From: Syntrophaceae bacterium
GTDB lineage: Bacteria > Desulfobacterota > Syntrophia > Syntrophales > Smithellaceae
NCBI GenBank assembly: GCA_016927935.1
Contig: JAFGLS010000239.1
Location: 4,390-68,389, forward strand
Direction: 5' to 3'
DNA: 64,000 nucleotides
The translations under genes and the position numbers were made by a program. Positions 1-8,025 of this stretch are shown here, piece by piece (position 1 is the stretch's first letter; each line of letters opens with the position of its first letter). Below the pieces are notes generated by a model, which saw nothing but the letters and a program-made list of their open reading frames with translations, was not told the DNA's origin and did not search any database.

Positions 1-51
1 GCGATAGTATTGCACCCAAAAAATTGAGCCTCGTTTGTAGACGCTACCCAT
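1..51 (-). CDS. Tyrosine integrase, N-terminus only (runs off the window)
   Basis: Manual translation MGSVYKRGSIFWVQYYR after a strong AGGAGGTG RBS; typical arm-binding N-terminus of phage/island integrases. Confidence 0.75.
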   Translation of the reverse strand, partial: MGSVYKRGSIFWVQYYR

Positions 52-69
52 GACATTTCACCTCCTTTC

Positions 70-270
70 TTATTTTATTTTTTTTCGCCTTGAGGCCTCT
101 TTTGTTTCAACTTCAAGACCTTTCAAGGCAAGATTTAAAAATACAGGAATTGACCTTGTTCCTGTTTCCCAACGGCAAACGGTTATCACTGATACGCCTA
201 AAGCCTTTGCAAGCTTCGCCTGTGAATAATCGTTTTGCCTCCGCCACTTCTTTAAATCATCTCTTGTCAT
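70..270 (-). CDS. XRE-family HTH transcriptional regulator
   Basis: LKKWRRQNDYSQAKLAKALGVSVITVCRWETG is an HTH_3 pattern. Confidence 0.9.
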   Translation of the reverse strand: MTRDDLKKWRRQNDYSQAKLAKALGVSVITVCRWETGTRSIPVFLNLALKGLEVETKEASRRKKIK

Positions 271-276
271 GGGTAT

Positions 277-306
277 ATATTAACCATTGGTTAATGTCTT
301 TGTCAA
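277..306 (-). promoter_or_regulatory. Sigma70 promoter (TTGACA-18-TAATAT) with a palindromic operator, probably giving a leaderless XRE-integrase mRNA
   Basis: TTGACA at 306-301, TAATAT at 282-277, and a perfect inverted repeat ATTAACCA-T-TGGTTAAT at 279-295; ATG at 270 has no RBS. Confidence 0.6.
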
Positions 307-316
307 GGGGTATTTA

Positions 317-553
317 TTAATAAATTGACCTAGTCTTATTTTTATTAATCCATTCGTTCATATCCTGAATGTCAACCAATATCCGCTTGCCGTCTTTTAC
401 ATAGGGCATTTTGCCCGCCCAGAGCATTTCCCGCACTGCGCAGACTGTCCGGCCTAGATAAAAGGCACTTTCTTTTATGGAATAAAGCCTCTTTATTAGC
501 TGGCGTTGTGGACTATCAAACCGTTGCGCCTTTATATCTTGTTGATTTGTCAT
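317..553 (-). CDS. Excisionase-like HTH_17 DNA-binding protein
   Basis: RLYSIKESAFYLGRTVCAVREMLWAGKMPYVKDGKRILVD fits the MerR-like excisionase fold. Confidence 0.8.
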   Translation of the reverse strand: MTNQQDIKAQRFDSPQRQLIKRLYSIKESAFYLGRTVCAVREMLWAGKMPYVKDGKRILVDIQDMNEWINKNKTRSIY

Positions 554-584
554 ATCGTTTTTATGCCCTGTGCTTGTGTTGTGT

Positions 585-830
585 CTACTTTTTAGATTTG
601 CTTTTACTTAATCGCCTGACCATATCATCAATAAGAATATCGGGCAGTTCACCGCCCCTTAGGTGTTCGCCGCTTCCGCCATTTGAAAGTATCGAAACAA
701 CTGTTGACGCAAGGTTACCGGATTTGTAGCCGCCATTTAATAACTTTCGGTGCATTGCCTCCAGTGTTTCTGGGGTTTGATTGATTCCCAAACTTGCTTC
801 AATTTTTGTTACTCGGTCTTTCTGATTCAT
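585..830 (-). CDS. Hypothetical protein, paralog of 1081-1368
   Basis: ORF in the co-oriented operon; N-terminus similar to 1081-1368. Confidence 0.65.
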   Translation of the reverse strand: MNQKDRVTKIEASLGINQTPETLEAMHRKLLNGGYKSGNLASTVVSILSNGGSGEHLRGGELPDILIDDMVRRLSKSKSKK

Positions 831-1036
831 TTTGATATTTTCTCCTTTATAAGTTTTTCAAGTTCTTCAATTCTTTTTTCAAGATCACTGCCTTCAATCG
901 CCCTCATAAGGATTGAAGTCATGTAAGTTAAACTCCGGGCAAGGTTAGCCTCAATCTTTCCGGCTTCAGTGCGGTTTATTAATCCGGCAAGGTATCGCCT
1001 TAAATCCTGCGTTGTGTTTAATCGTCTTTCCGGCAC
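827..1036 (-). CDS. Hypothetical helical protein of integrative elements
   Basis: GTG start with GGAG RBS; overlaps its neighbour by 4 nt; ends in an LEKRIEELEK coiled coil. Confidence 0.7.
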   Translation of the reverse strand: MPERRLNTTQDLRRYLAGLINRTEAGKIEANLARSLTYMTSILMRAIEGSDLEKRIEELEKLIKEKISK

Positions 1037-1080
1037 GTTTTATAATCTCCTTTTTCGTCAATATTTCTTGCTTAGAGGCC

Positions 1081-1368
1081 TTATTTTATTAGGCTTTGCC
1101 TGTTACCCCTCCCACCCGCTTTCTTTTTCTTAAATTCGTTGTCGAGTTTTACAAGATACTTTATAAGTTCCATAGGCACACCCGAATTTTTTAAATCCTC
1201 GCAAGGATTAGGACTATTCGCTATTACAACCACTAACGACATCAATGAGTTATTATATTCCCCTCTTATTAGTTTTTTATACATCTCTTCCACTGTTTCC
1301 GGCTCTTTGTTCACGCCAAGCCGTTCTTCCAATTTGTCCACTCTCTGCAAAATGTTCATTCGATTCAC
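1081..1368 (-). CDS. Hypothetical protein, paralog of 585-830
   Basis: ORF coupled to the helicase stop; RVDKLEERLG..PETVEEMYKKL resembles 585-830. Confidence 0.65.
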   Translation of the reverse strand: MNRMNILQRVDKLEERLGVNKEPETVEEMYKKLIRGEYNNSLMSLVVVIANSPNPCEDLKNSGVPMELIKYLVKLDNEFKKKKAGGRGNRQSLIK

Positions 1369-2213
1369 CTCTCAATTTTATTCTTGCCAATTACCTCATA
1401 TAAAAGGCCTTGCCTCTTTTCTAAATTGATAACGCGTTCTATTACTCCTGTTCGCCGGTGAAAGTCGACTCTAGCCCTTGCCGTGTTTTCTCCATCGTTC
1501 GGAGTTCGTTTAATCATGATAACGCAATCCGATTCCTGGGCAATAAAAGAAGAATCCCTTAAATCCTTATGACTGATTTCTTCGCCGGTGTTCTTGCCAA
1601 CATGACATAAAAGGAAAATTGCAAAGTCATTATCCACTGCAAAGCGTTTGATCCGGCGAACAATAGTTCCAATATCAAGGCTCGGATTCTTCACCCGCGC
1701 CATGTCAATCAAATAGTGCAAGTGATCGATGAAGAATATCCGGCAGTGGTACTTAAAGAAGGCTTCTAAACTCCGTTCCATAAACCAGGAAAAGTCTTGC
1801 GCCTTGTTTTGTCGTGGCAGATAAAAGAGTGGTAGCTCTGGGAATTGCGCCAGGAATTGTCTTGCCGGGACTTCATAAGAAAACCAGCAAACATATTCTT
1901 TCTGTTTGAAGAAATTAACAGTGAGTGTTTGCGCCAATAACGTCTTGCCATGTTTAGTCTGCCCACTTATGACAATGAGTTCACCGTCTTGAAATCCGTC
2001 ACAGGCACTATCAAGTGTCGGAATGTTCGCTTTAACCGATATGTAAGGCCTTTTTTTAGCCGCCTGAAGCGTGTCATTCAGTTCATATGATGTTACGATC
2101 TTGTCATCATCACAGTAATGCTCAAACCAATCGATTGAATCAAGACAAAGGTTCGAGTGTTTCCAAATCTTGTCTGAGTTCTTTAAGTTTGTCATTTGCT
2201 TGCTCCATCTCAA
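1365..2213 (-). CDS. DnaB-like replicative helicase, C-terminal ATPase domain (start may be 2195)
   Basis: IPTLD..GFQDGELIVISGQTKHGKT (Walker A), FSYE, FFIDHLH, DLRDSSFIAQESD motifs. Confidence 0.88.
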   Translation of the reverse strand: MRWSKQMTNLKNSDKIWKHSNLCLDSIDWFEHYCDDDKIVTSYELNDTLQAAKKRPYISVKANIPTLDSACDGFQDGELIVISGQTKHGKTLLAQTLTVNFFKQKEYVCWFSYEVPARQFLAQFPELPLFYLPRQNKAQDFSWFMERSLEAFFKYHCRIFFIDHLHYLIDMARVKNPSLDIGTIVRRIKRFAVDNDFAIFLLCHVGKNTGEEISHKDLRDSSFIAQESDCVIMIKRTPNDGENTARARVDFHRRTGVIERVINLEKRQGLLYEVIGKNKIER

Positions 2214-2373
2214 TTTCTGAGTAATTAATAAAAAAGTTAGACAATTGTTTTATGCCATCATTTTCCGTTCGTTCCATAAACCTCTTAAAAAATCCTATTT
2301 CATCGGCATAGAATCTTATATTATCGAGTTCGCATTGTATAAGAACCTCATGCCAGGTTTGACTAATTACCAT
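2140..2373 (-). CDS. Hypothetical protein between initiator and helicase
   Basis: ORF overlapping both neighbours. Confidence 0.5.
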   Translation of the reverse strand: MVISQTWHEVLIQCELDNIRFYADEIGFFKRFMERTENDGIKQLSNFFINYSEIEMEQANDKLKELRQDLETLEPLS

Positions 2374-3029
2374 GACGGTTTTTGCTCCTGGGTAACATCA
2401 TCTTCCCATGATCCCTTATTGAGCCAGGTTGTCGGATGTTTCCATTCCGGCCGGAAAGCACCATTGGCATTTTTTCGCCATGCTTTTTGATCTTCAATTG
2501 CAGTAAGAAGAACATCAAGGGGTGGGCGTGTTCCGTTTAATTTGTTCCATGCTCTATAAGCGGCCTGTTTATCTTTACGGTTAGGGTATGCAGAGTAGAA
2601 TTTTAAAAAATCATCGCTATAAATAGTATTCTTCTGTTCTTTTGTTCTTGTATGTTGCCCTTTGTTTGTCAGTGGTTTGTCGTTTAGTGTGTCGTTTTCG
2701 GAATTGTCACTTTGATAAATAGGCCAATTCACAATTGAAATAATAGAAAATTTGTTTGTCGTTTTGATTGTCAAATTTTCAACTTTTCGCAAAAAGTCAA
2801 TTATCGTGCGAATAGATCGAATTGAAAGGCCTGTTTCTTCTTTGGCCTTTTTCAGACCAAATATAAATTGACCTGGCATTAAGTGAACAGACTGCAAACC
2901 GATGACCGCGTTATATTCCTTGTGCGTTGCCTTCAAGAGGCAATATGACCAAAAAGCCCAAAGTTTATGATTCTTGATCCATCCTGCATCAAGCGATTTG
3001 CGCCATAATTTTACGTAGCCTTTATTCAT
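2367..3029 (-). CDS. Phage-type replication initiator
   Basis: GYVKLWRK...WSYCLLKA N-terminal winged helix and F..FY.AYP.R..K..A....W.HP.TWLN..WEDD C-terminus; lies upstream of the helicase. Confidence 0.85.
   Translation of the reverse strand: MNKGYVKLWRKSLDAGWIKNHKLWAFWSYCLLKATHKEYNAVIGLQSVHLMPGQFIFGLKKAKEETGLSIRSIRTIIDFLRKVENLTIKTTNKFSIISIVNWPIYQSDNSENDTLNDKPLTNKGQHTRTKEQKNTIYSDDFLKFYSAYPNRKDKQAAYRAWNKLNGTRPPLDVLLTAIEDQKAWRKNANGAFRPEWKHPTTWLNKGSWEDDVTQEQKPSW
2660..2775. repeat. Putative iterons (element origin) inside the initiator gene
   Basis: Clusters of TGTC/TGTCGTTT motifs about 11-15 bp apart, next to an AT-rich tract. Confidence 0.45.
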
Positions 3030-3063
3030 GTTCTAAGCCCTATGTTACCCCTCATAATTTGTT

Positions 3064-3213
3064 TTATATCGCTGGAACACTATCTACGGCCTTTTCCTGA
3101 GCAAAAGAAGGCACGTTTAAACTTTTCTCTAGTTGTTCAATTTCTTCTTCCGTTATCTCGATCAGTTGCCGCTTGAGAAATATTTTTCTCTCGATGATTT
3201 CTCGTTCTGTCAT
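3064..3213 (-). CDS. Small hypothetical protein (49 aa, not in ORF track)
   Basis: Manual translation MTEREIIERKIFLKRQLIEITEEEIEQLEKSLNVPSFAQEKAVDSVPAI; fills the gap in the operon. Confidence 0.5.
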   Translation of the reverse strand: MTEREIIERKIFLKRQLIEITEEEIEQLEKSLNVPSFAQEKAVDSVPAI

Positions 3214-3221
3214 TGATTCTT

Positions 3222-3416
3222 TCATGGCTCGACCTCGTTATATTGTTTCTCGATCCATGCAAGTACGTCACCCGGATTGAAGCGCAAATATTTTCCGATT
3301 CTGACACGCGGGATTGTGTCTTTGCCGGTCTGCATGGTGCGAAAGTAAAGCCATGACGGTTTGACCTTCAGCCGATCAGCCATTTCTTCGATTGTTAAAA
3401 GTTCCTGATTTTCCAT
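3222..3416 (-). CDS. Excisionase/AlpA-like HTH_17 protein
   Basis: LLTIEEMADRLKVKPSWLY...IPRVRIGKYLRF motif; GGAGG RBS. Confidence 0.85.
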   Translation of the reverse strand: MENQELLTIEEMADRLKVKPSWLYFRTMQTGKDTIPRVRIGKYLRFNPGDVLAWIEKQYNEVEP

Positions 3417-3452
3417 TCATAAACCTCCTATAAATTTTATTTCATATAAAAC

Positions 3453-3481
3453 AAAAGCCATGACCGTTTAAGATCATGGCT
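3453..3481 (-). terminator. Rho-independent terminator
   Basis: AGCCATGA/TCATGGCT stem followed by a U-tract on the minus strand. Confidence 0.55.
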
Positions 3482-3550
3482 CTATGATAGAGGAATATGA
3501 AAAAATGTCAAAAATAGTGAGTAATATTTTATAGTTATGTAATAGATTAA

Positions 3551-4228
3551 TTACTCTATTTCACTTAGTTGCTCTATTACGATAAGCTCTGCAAATTCCT
3601 TAGCTTTATTCATTGGATGCCCTTCCTTGATAAGTCGTTTATATTCTTTCTTATATAATAATTCCCTTTTGTCTTTATCTTTCCTTTTTTTTGCCGCGTT
3701 TCTTGATCTTTGGGTTCTTTCTGCTTGTATATCTTTTGGTGTATGATTTTTCTTAGTGCATATAGAACAATATTTTTGATACTTATATAACTTTGATTGA
3801 TAAAAATACTTTTTACAATCATTACATTTTTTTATTTTGCGCAGATACTTTTCTGAATGTAGCAAAAACTTAATAAAGGTTGAAATAATATCTATTAGCC
3901 AAACAGGATAGTTAAGAAGAAAGGCTTTTCGTAACGATAACTCATTAATTTCATTATTCTCGATAAGTCGACCACTTTCAACACGGTATTTCTTAATTAT
4001 ATTATTTCCAATTTCTATAAAATGATCTAACTCTTTTGATTTAGATAGTTTGCCTTTATTAATTATTATATTTTCTAAAATATGTTTTAGCTTTTTTTGT
4101 GATTCCTTGATTGCTTTTCGCTCTTGCATTTTAATTGAAGCACTGAAGGGGTGATTATCTATAAGATTAGGTTTTACCAATACGCTATATTCATTATTCG
4201 CAAATTTCAAAACATCTTTTATGTCCAT
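3551..4228 (-). CDS. Hypothetical protein with a CGNR-like Cys4 zinc finger
   Basis: IKKCNDCKKYF...QKYCSIC followed by a basic helix. Confidence 0.65.
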   Translation of the reverse strand: MDIKDVLKFANNEYSVLVKPNLIDNHPFSASIKMQERKAIKESQKKLKHILENIIINKGKLSKSKELDHFIEIGNNIIKKYRVESGRLIENNEINELSLRKAFLLNYPVWLIDIISTFIKFLLHSEKYLRKIKKCNDCKKYFYQSKLYKYQKYCSICTKKNHTPKDIQAERTQRSRNAAKKRKDKDKRELLYKKEYKRLIKEGHPMNKAKEFAELIVIEQLSEIE

Positions 4229-4243
4229 TGCCTATCCCTCTCT

Positions 4244-4318
4244 AAGCTCCCCTTTGGTTTATCCGGGGAAGCGGGAAGGGGAATCTCCCGCTTATCGTCT
4301 GGCCTGACTATCCCCGGT
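4244..4318 (-). promoter_or_regulatory. GC-rich structured 5' leader; a partially deleted copy is at 9723-9772
   Basis: CCGGGGA/TCCCCGG outer stem and AAGCGGGA/TCCCGCTT inner stem; the sequence is duplicated. Confidence 0.45.
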
Positions 4319-4382
4319 TTGTTTGTGTAAAGCATACAAGCAAACATTGCTGAACTGCAATTAAAAATATTTTTAAAACTGG

Positions 4383-4420
4383 TAATCTTCCATTTTCTAT
4401 TTTGCCTTTTTATGATAACC
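4383..4420 (+). repeat. Recombination-site-like repeat, degenerate copy E
   Basis: TTTTCTATTTTGCCTTTTTATG(A/C)TAA shared with copy D at 7884-7940. Confidence 0.65.
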
Positions 4421-4461
4421 ATCTGCCGAAAAAAATTTAAGAAAAGGGGAATGTCTGGTTA

Positions 4462-4650
4462 ATGAAAATGGGGAAAAAGAATTTTGAACTTGATAAAGCC
4501 GAGTTATTAATTTTATGTCAGGCCTTAAACATTCTAAAAATCGAGGTAGAAGACGCTAACCGTAGGTCAGCTAAACATAAACCTAGAAAAGATATTACAC
4601 CGATTATTAATCTTACTACAAAAATAAAAGAACAGTTAAATGCTATATAA
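4462..4650 (+). CDS. Hypothetical protein
   Basis: 62-aa ORF between two repeat sites. Confidence 0.55.
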   Translation: MKMGKKNFELDKAELLILCQALNILKIEVEDANRRSAKHKPRKDITPIINLTTKIKEQLNAI

Positions 4651-4704
4651 AAAATATGTAGTAAATCAGAAAAGTGGAGCAGGTAAAAACACTATATCGG
4701 TTGC

Positions 4705-4770
4705 AACTTACAACCCGTAATCCACAGTTCTAAAATCTTCATTTTTATGCTAAGTTTGAACCTGAAATCT
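4705..4770 (+). repeat. Recombination-site-like repeat, copy A
   Basis: CTTACAACCCGTAA...AGTTCTAAAAT-cttcattt-TTATGCTAAGT-TTGAACCTGAAAT. Confidence 0.85.
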
Positions 4771-4832
4771 TTTAAAACTCATTAAAAATTTTATATAGGA
4801 ATTAATAGCCTATCACGGAAAATTATTAACTT

Positions 4833-5393
4833 ATGGTTTTCAAAATGTCGAATTTTTTAAAAAAGATGTTAGATGTTTTGGGCGGCTTATTTTTAATAAT
4901 AACAGGCTCAATAATATTTCTTCTCTATTTCTGTCTTAGAAACATAGCAGATAATGCTTTTATATCTTTATCGACATTTCTCTTTACTTTTTGTATGGGT
5001 TTAGGAGGAATAATTTTAGGAATAAGACGCATTTGTTTAGTTTTTGTATTTCTGTGGCAGAATTCAATCGCCATAAATAATGAATTAATCAATCAACAAG
5101 AAAAGCCTCAAAGAAAAAATGTATTATTAAGAATTGTTTTTGGTATTTTGTGGTTTATCCCCATTCATTTAGTCACTAATATAATGATTGGTGGCGTTGT
5201 CTGTGTGATAATTTTCAGTATGATAGCTGCTACATCTATGCATAGTTCTGGAGCTGTTTTTGATGCTGGATTAAAAGCATCTATTAACTTTTTTCGATAT
5301 TACGGATTTATTATCTTTGTCATACAATTTCTTCTAACCTTATTTTTATCTTTCTTTGGTGTATTACCAGGAACGAGTAAATTTAAAAGATAA
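4833..5393 (+). CDS. Hypothetical multi-pass membrane protein
   Basis: About four hydrophobic segments. Confidence 0.7.
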   Translation: MVFKMSNFLKKMLDVLGGLFLIITGSIIFLLYFCLRNIADNAFISLSTFLFTFCMGLGGIILGIRRICLVFVFLWQNSIAINNELINQQEKPQRKNVLLRIVFGILWFIPIHLVTNIMIGGVVCVIIFSMIAATSMHSSGAVFDAGLKASINFFRYYGFIIFVIQFLLTLFLSFFGVLPGTSKFKR

Positions 5394-5461
5394 AAGACAT
5401 AACTGGAACATTAATGGTCTATTTTTAAAGAAAATTCAATCATCTTTAACTTAAATAAAAT

Positions 5462-6052
5462 ATGTCAAAAGAAACCTTTATAGGAAAAGTTTTTGTTTTC
5501 CGAATTTTAAGTATTGGGTGTTTATTTAGCACAATTCTATTTCTCATACCCAATATTGGATTTGCACCTTTTGGTGAATTGAGCATATATATTTTACCAA
5601 TTCTTTTTATCTTTGGAGCTTTTATCTGTTGGAAAATACCGCCTTCGACAATTGAGGTTGACGAATCAGGCATAAAAAGACTTAACAATGCTACGGGTTG
5701 GATGTCAAAACTTCTGCGGCTCAACTCAGAATGTCAGTGGAACTGGATAGAGTCTGTTTCTACTATCCGAAGCTCAAAAGTTCATTACTACACAACTATC
5801 CTCAATGTTTCCAAAACTGTTCCTTATAAATCCAAATATCTTGTGTCAATCGAATCAAATTTTTTTAAAGATTATATATCGATTTTAAAAATAATAAGAA
5901 CCAAAGCTCCACAAGCTAATTTTGACGAGACTACAGAGTTGATTTTAAAAGGTCAAATAGACATACGTCCTATCAGACCGTTTTTTGTATATTTCTTAAT
6001 TATTTTTGGTTTAATAATATTTATCTATCTATTTTTTTGTAGCAAAAGTTAA
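5462..6052 (+). CDS. Hypothetical membrane protein (2 TM, PH-like soluble domain, C-terminal TM)
   Basis: Hydrophobic N-terminus, IEVDESGI..W.WIESV pattern. Confidence 0.7.
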   Translation: MSKETFIGKVFVFRILSIGCLFSTILFLIPNIGFAPFGELSIYILPILFIFGAFICWKIPPSTIEVDESGIKRLNNATGWMSKLLRLNSECQWNWIESVSTIRSSKVHYYTTILNVSKTVPYKSKYLVSIESNFFKDYISILKIIRTKAPQANFDETTELILKGQIDIRPIRPFFVYFLIIFGLIIFIYLFFCSKS

Positions 6053-6111
6053 CCAGTTAATGCAGTCAATAGCTTTGCTACTACGGGGCTTTAATGTTTA
6101 GTTTCTTTACC

Positions 6112-6178
6112 ACCTTACAACCCGTAAGTCACAGTTCTAATAATCTCAATTCTATGCTAACTTTGAACCCGAAGTCTT
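6112..6178 (+). repeat. Recombination-site-like repeat, copy B
   Basis: CTTACAACCCGTAAG...AGTTCTAATAA-tctcaatt-CTATGCTAACT-TTGAACCCGAAG. Confidence 0.85.
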
Positions 6179-6285
6179 CAACTTTTCAATCTGTAAAAAT
6201 AAAAATTCCTATTTAAAAATATTGACTAATTATTGTCACATATAATATAATTAAGACAATCCCTAATGAAAATAATGGTGAAATT

Positions 6286-6426
6286 ATGGACATCAAAGTT
6301 CCAGAGACGGTTTTGTCTTTAACAACAAAATGTGGAAATAATTTCTCGTGTCTGAAATCAAATAAGCATGAGAAACCCATTATGTGTGAAGTTGTTTATA
6401 AAAACGGGGAAAACATTCTTTATTGA
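6286..6426 (+). pseudogene. Probable 3'-truncated small Cys-rich protein gene
   Basis: MDIKVPETVLSLTTKCGNNFSCL...MCEV..NGENILY* resembles, from memory, the N-half of a deltaproteobacterial small Cys-rich family and stops early. Confidence 0.4.
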
Positions 6427-6436
6427 TTTTTAATAT

Positions 6437-6814
6437 ATGAAAAAAGAAAAAACATACAATATTTTATCATCTGTAAACGATAATGTGCTTGAGGTTATCA
6501 TAAAAGGAGATATTTCGAGTCTTAATAGCCACCAAACAATGTTGAACGAAATGCTTGACATAGAAAAGTCAGCAAACGTAAATAAGCAGTTGGTAGATAT
6601 CCGAAAGCTCAAGGGTCGTCTTACAACGATAGAATTATATAGTCTTGTCAGAGATTATCCGGCAGATAGACCCAGAATGATAATTGCCCTTGTGGATACT
6701 CCAGAATACGCCGAAACGGCATCATTTCATGAAACTACTGCATTCAATGCGGCTATAAAATTGAAATGGTTTACCGATATCGACAAAGCAAGAGAATGGC
6801 TCAAGGGCAAATAA
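6437..6814 (+). CDS. STAS/SEC14 (SpoIIAA-like) domain protein
   Basis: LVDIRKL...IALVD...F.ET.A.N....KWFTDIDKAREWL signature. Confidence 0.75.
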   Translation: MKKEKTYNILSSVNDNVLEVIIKGDISSLNSHQTMLNEMLDIEKSANVNKQLVDIRKLKGRLTTIELYSLVRDYPADRPRMIIALVDTPEYAETASFHETTAFNAAIKLKWFTDIDKAREWLKGK

Positions 6815-6883
6815 AGAGTTAATCTGTCAATTTGTCAGACCTCTATATTTCAATCTCAAATTTTCATTTTTAACGACTCTAAA

Positions 6884-6925
6884 ATACTGCACCTTTGTAG
6901 TTGGATAATCCTCAGTTTCTAATAT
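6884..6925 (+). repeat. 20-bp repeat (copy at 9615-9634) joined to half-site F (15-bp repeat with 7884-7898)
   Basis: ATACTGCACCTTTGTAGTTG followed by GATAATCCTCAGTTT. Confidence 0.8.
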
Positions 6926-6990
6926 ATTTAACACCAATAAAATTCTATAATACCCAATCCCCAAAAGACCTCATAAACAGGAGGTGTCCT

Positions 6991-7830
6991 ATGTTTACAA
7001 ACGAAGCTATAACTACTTTTAAGAATTATCTTCAATCAAATAGAAAAAAGAAAACCATCGAAAGCTATAATATTCTGTTTGAAAAATTTGGTTCTATTTA
7101 TGCTCACAGACCTCTTGAGGATATAAGCCCTGATGAGATTTTTCAATTTCTTGAAGATACAACAAGAAATCTTTCCAAGACAACTCGCAGACTTAGGTAT
7201 TCTCAGATAAAAGCATTTTATAACTTTATTATCGAAGGAAATTCTCTTAATATGAGTAATCCCTGTAATACACCGCTGCTAAACAAAACTTTCAGAATAC
7301 CGAAAAACTCACCCAGAAAGATCCTCGAACGAGAAACAATAGAAGAAATGATATATAATACAAAAAGTTATCGAGATCGGTTGATATTGGAACTTCAATC
7401 TAAATGTGGATTGAGAATCGGCGAACTGTTGAAACTTGAGGTATCAGATATTTCCGAAAGAACAATTACTCTGAGGGAACCAAAATCAGGCAAAGAAGTA
7501 GAAAAAGCTTACATGCCTGAAAACATATCAAGAAAACTATCTGAATACATATTAGAAAATAAGATTCAAGGAAACGAGCGTATTTTCCCTATATCTTATT
7601 CAACAGCCAGATCAATTATCAGAGGACTTGGAGCTAAGCTGAAAGTGAATGTTGCACCACATGACCTCAGGCGATATTCGGCAACTTTTGCCAGCAGAAA
7701 TGGTGTTCCTTTAGAAGTGGTATCAAAAGTAATATTGAGGCATCAGGACTTGAAGACTACACAGGTGTATTTAGGAAGGATCAGTGATTCAGAGGCAATA
7801 AGATGGATGGATATTCTCCACGAGAAATAG
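6991..7830 (+). CDS. Tyrosine recombinase (XerC/D-like, 279 aa)
   Basis: GGAGGT RBS before ATG 6991; catalytic residues GLRIGE, PKSG, HDLRR, LRH, TTQVY intact. Confidence 0.93.
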   Translation: MFTNEAITTFKNYLQSNRKKKTIESYNILFEKFGSIYAHRPLEDISPDEIFQFLEDTTRNLSKTTRRLRYSQIKAFYNFIIEGNSLNMSNPCNTPLLNKTFRIPKNSPRKILERETIEEMIYNTKSYRDRLILELQSKCGLRIGELLKLEVSDISERTITLREPKSGKEVEKAYMPENISRKLSEYILENKIQGNERIFPISYSTARSIIRGLGAKLKVNVAPHDLRRYSATFASRNGVPLEVVSKVILRHQDLKTTQVYLGRISDSEAIRWMDILHEK

Positions 7831-7883
7831 AATAAAAAACTAAAAATGAAGAGGTCTTTGGGGTATAAATATTTAGTCTTCCT

Positions 7884-7940
7884 GATAATCCTCAGTTTTC
7901 TATTTTGCCTTTTTATGCTAATTTTCAACTTGAAATCTTC
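7884..7940 (+). repeat. Recombination-site-like repeat, copy D
   Basis: TAATCCTC-AGTTTTCTATT-ttgccttt-TTATGCTAATT-TTCAACTTGAAATCTT. Confidence 0.75.
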
Positions 7941-8025
7941 GGAGTTTGTATTATTTGTAATGACCAAATGGACAATATTTTAAATCAAAAATGGCATAAA
8001 ATTGACGACAATATGAACGATATAA

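Noticed and set aside
4219-4422. Minus-strand ORF sharing IKRQNRK with 7743-7967
   Set aside because: The similarity comes from the DNA repeat (sites E and D), not a protein family.
6901-6990. N-terminal extension of the recombinase in the ORF track
   Set aside because: It overlaps the repeat site; the GGAGGT RBS supports ATG 6991.
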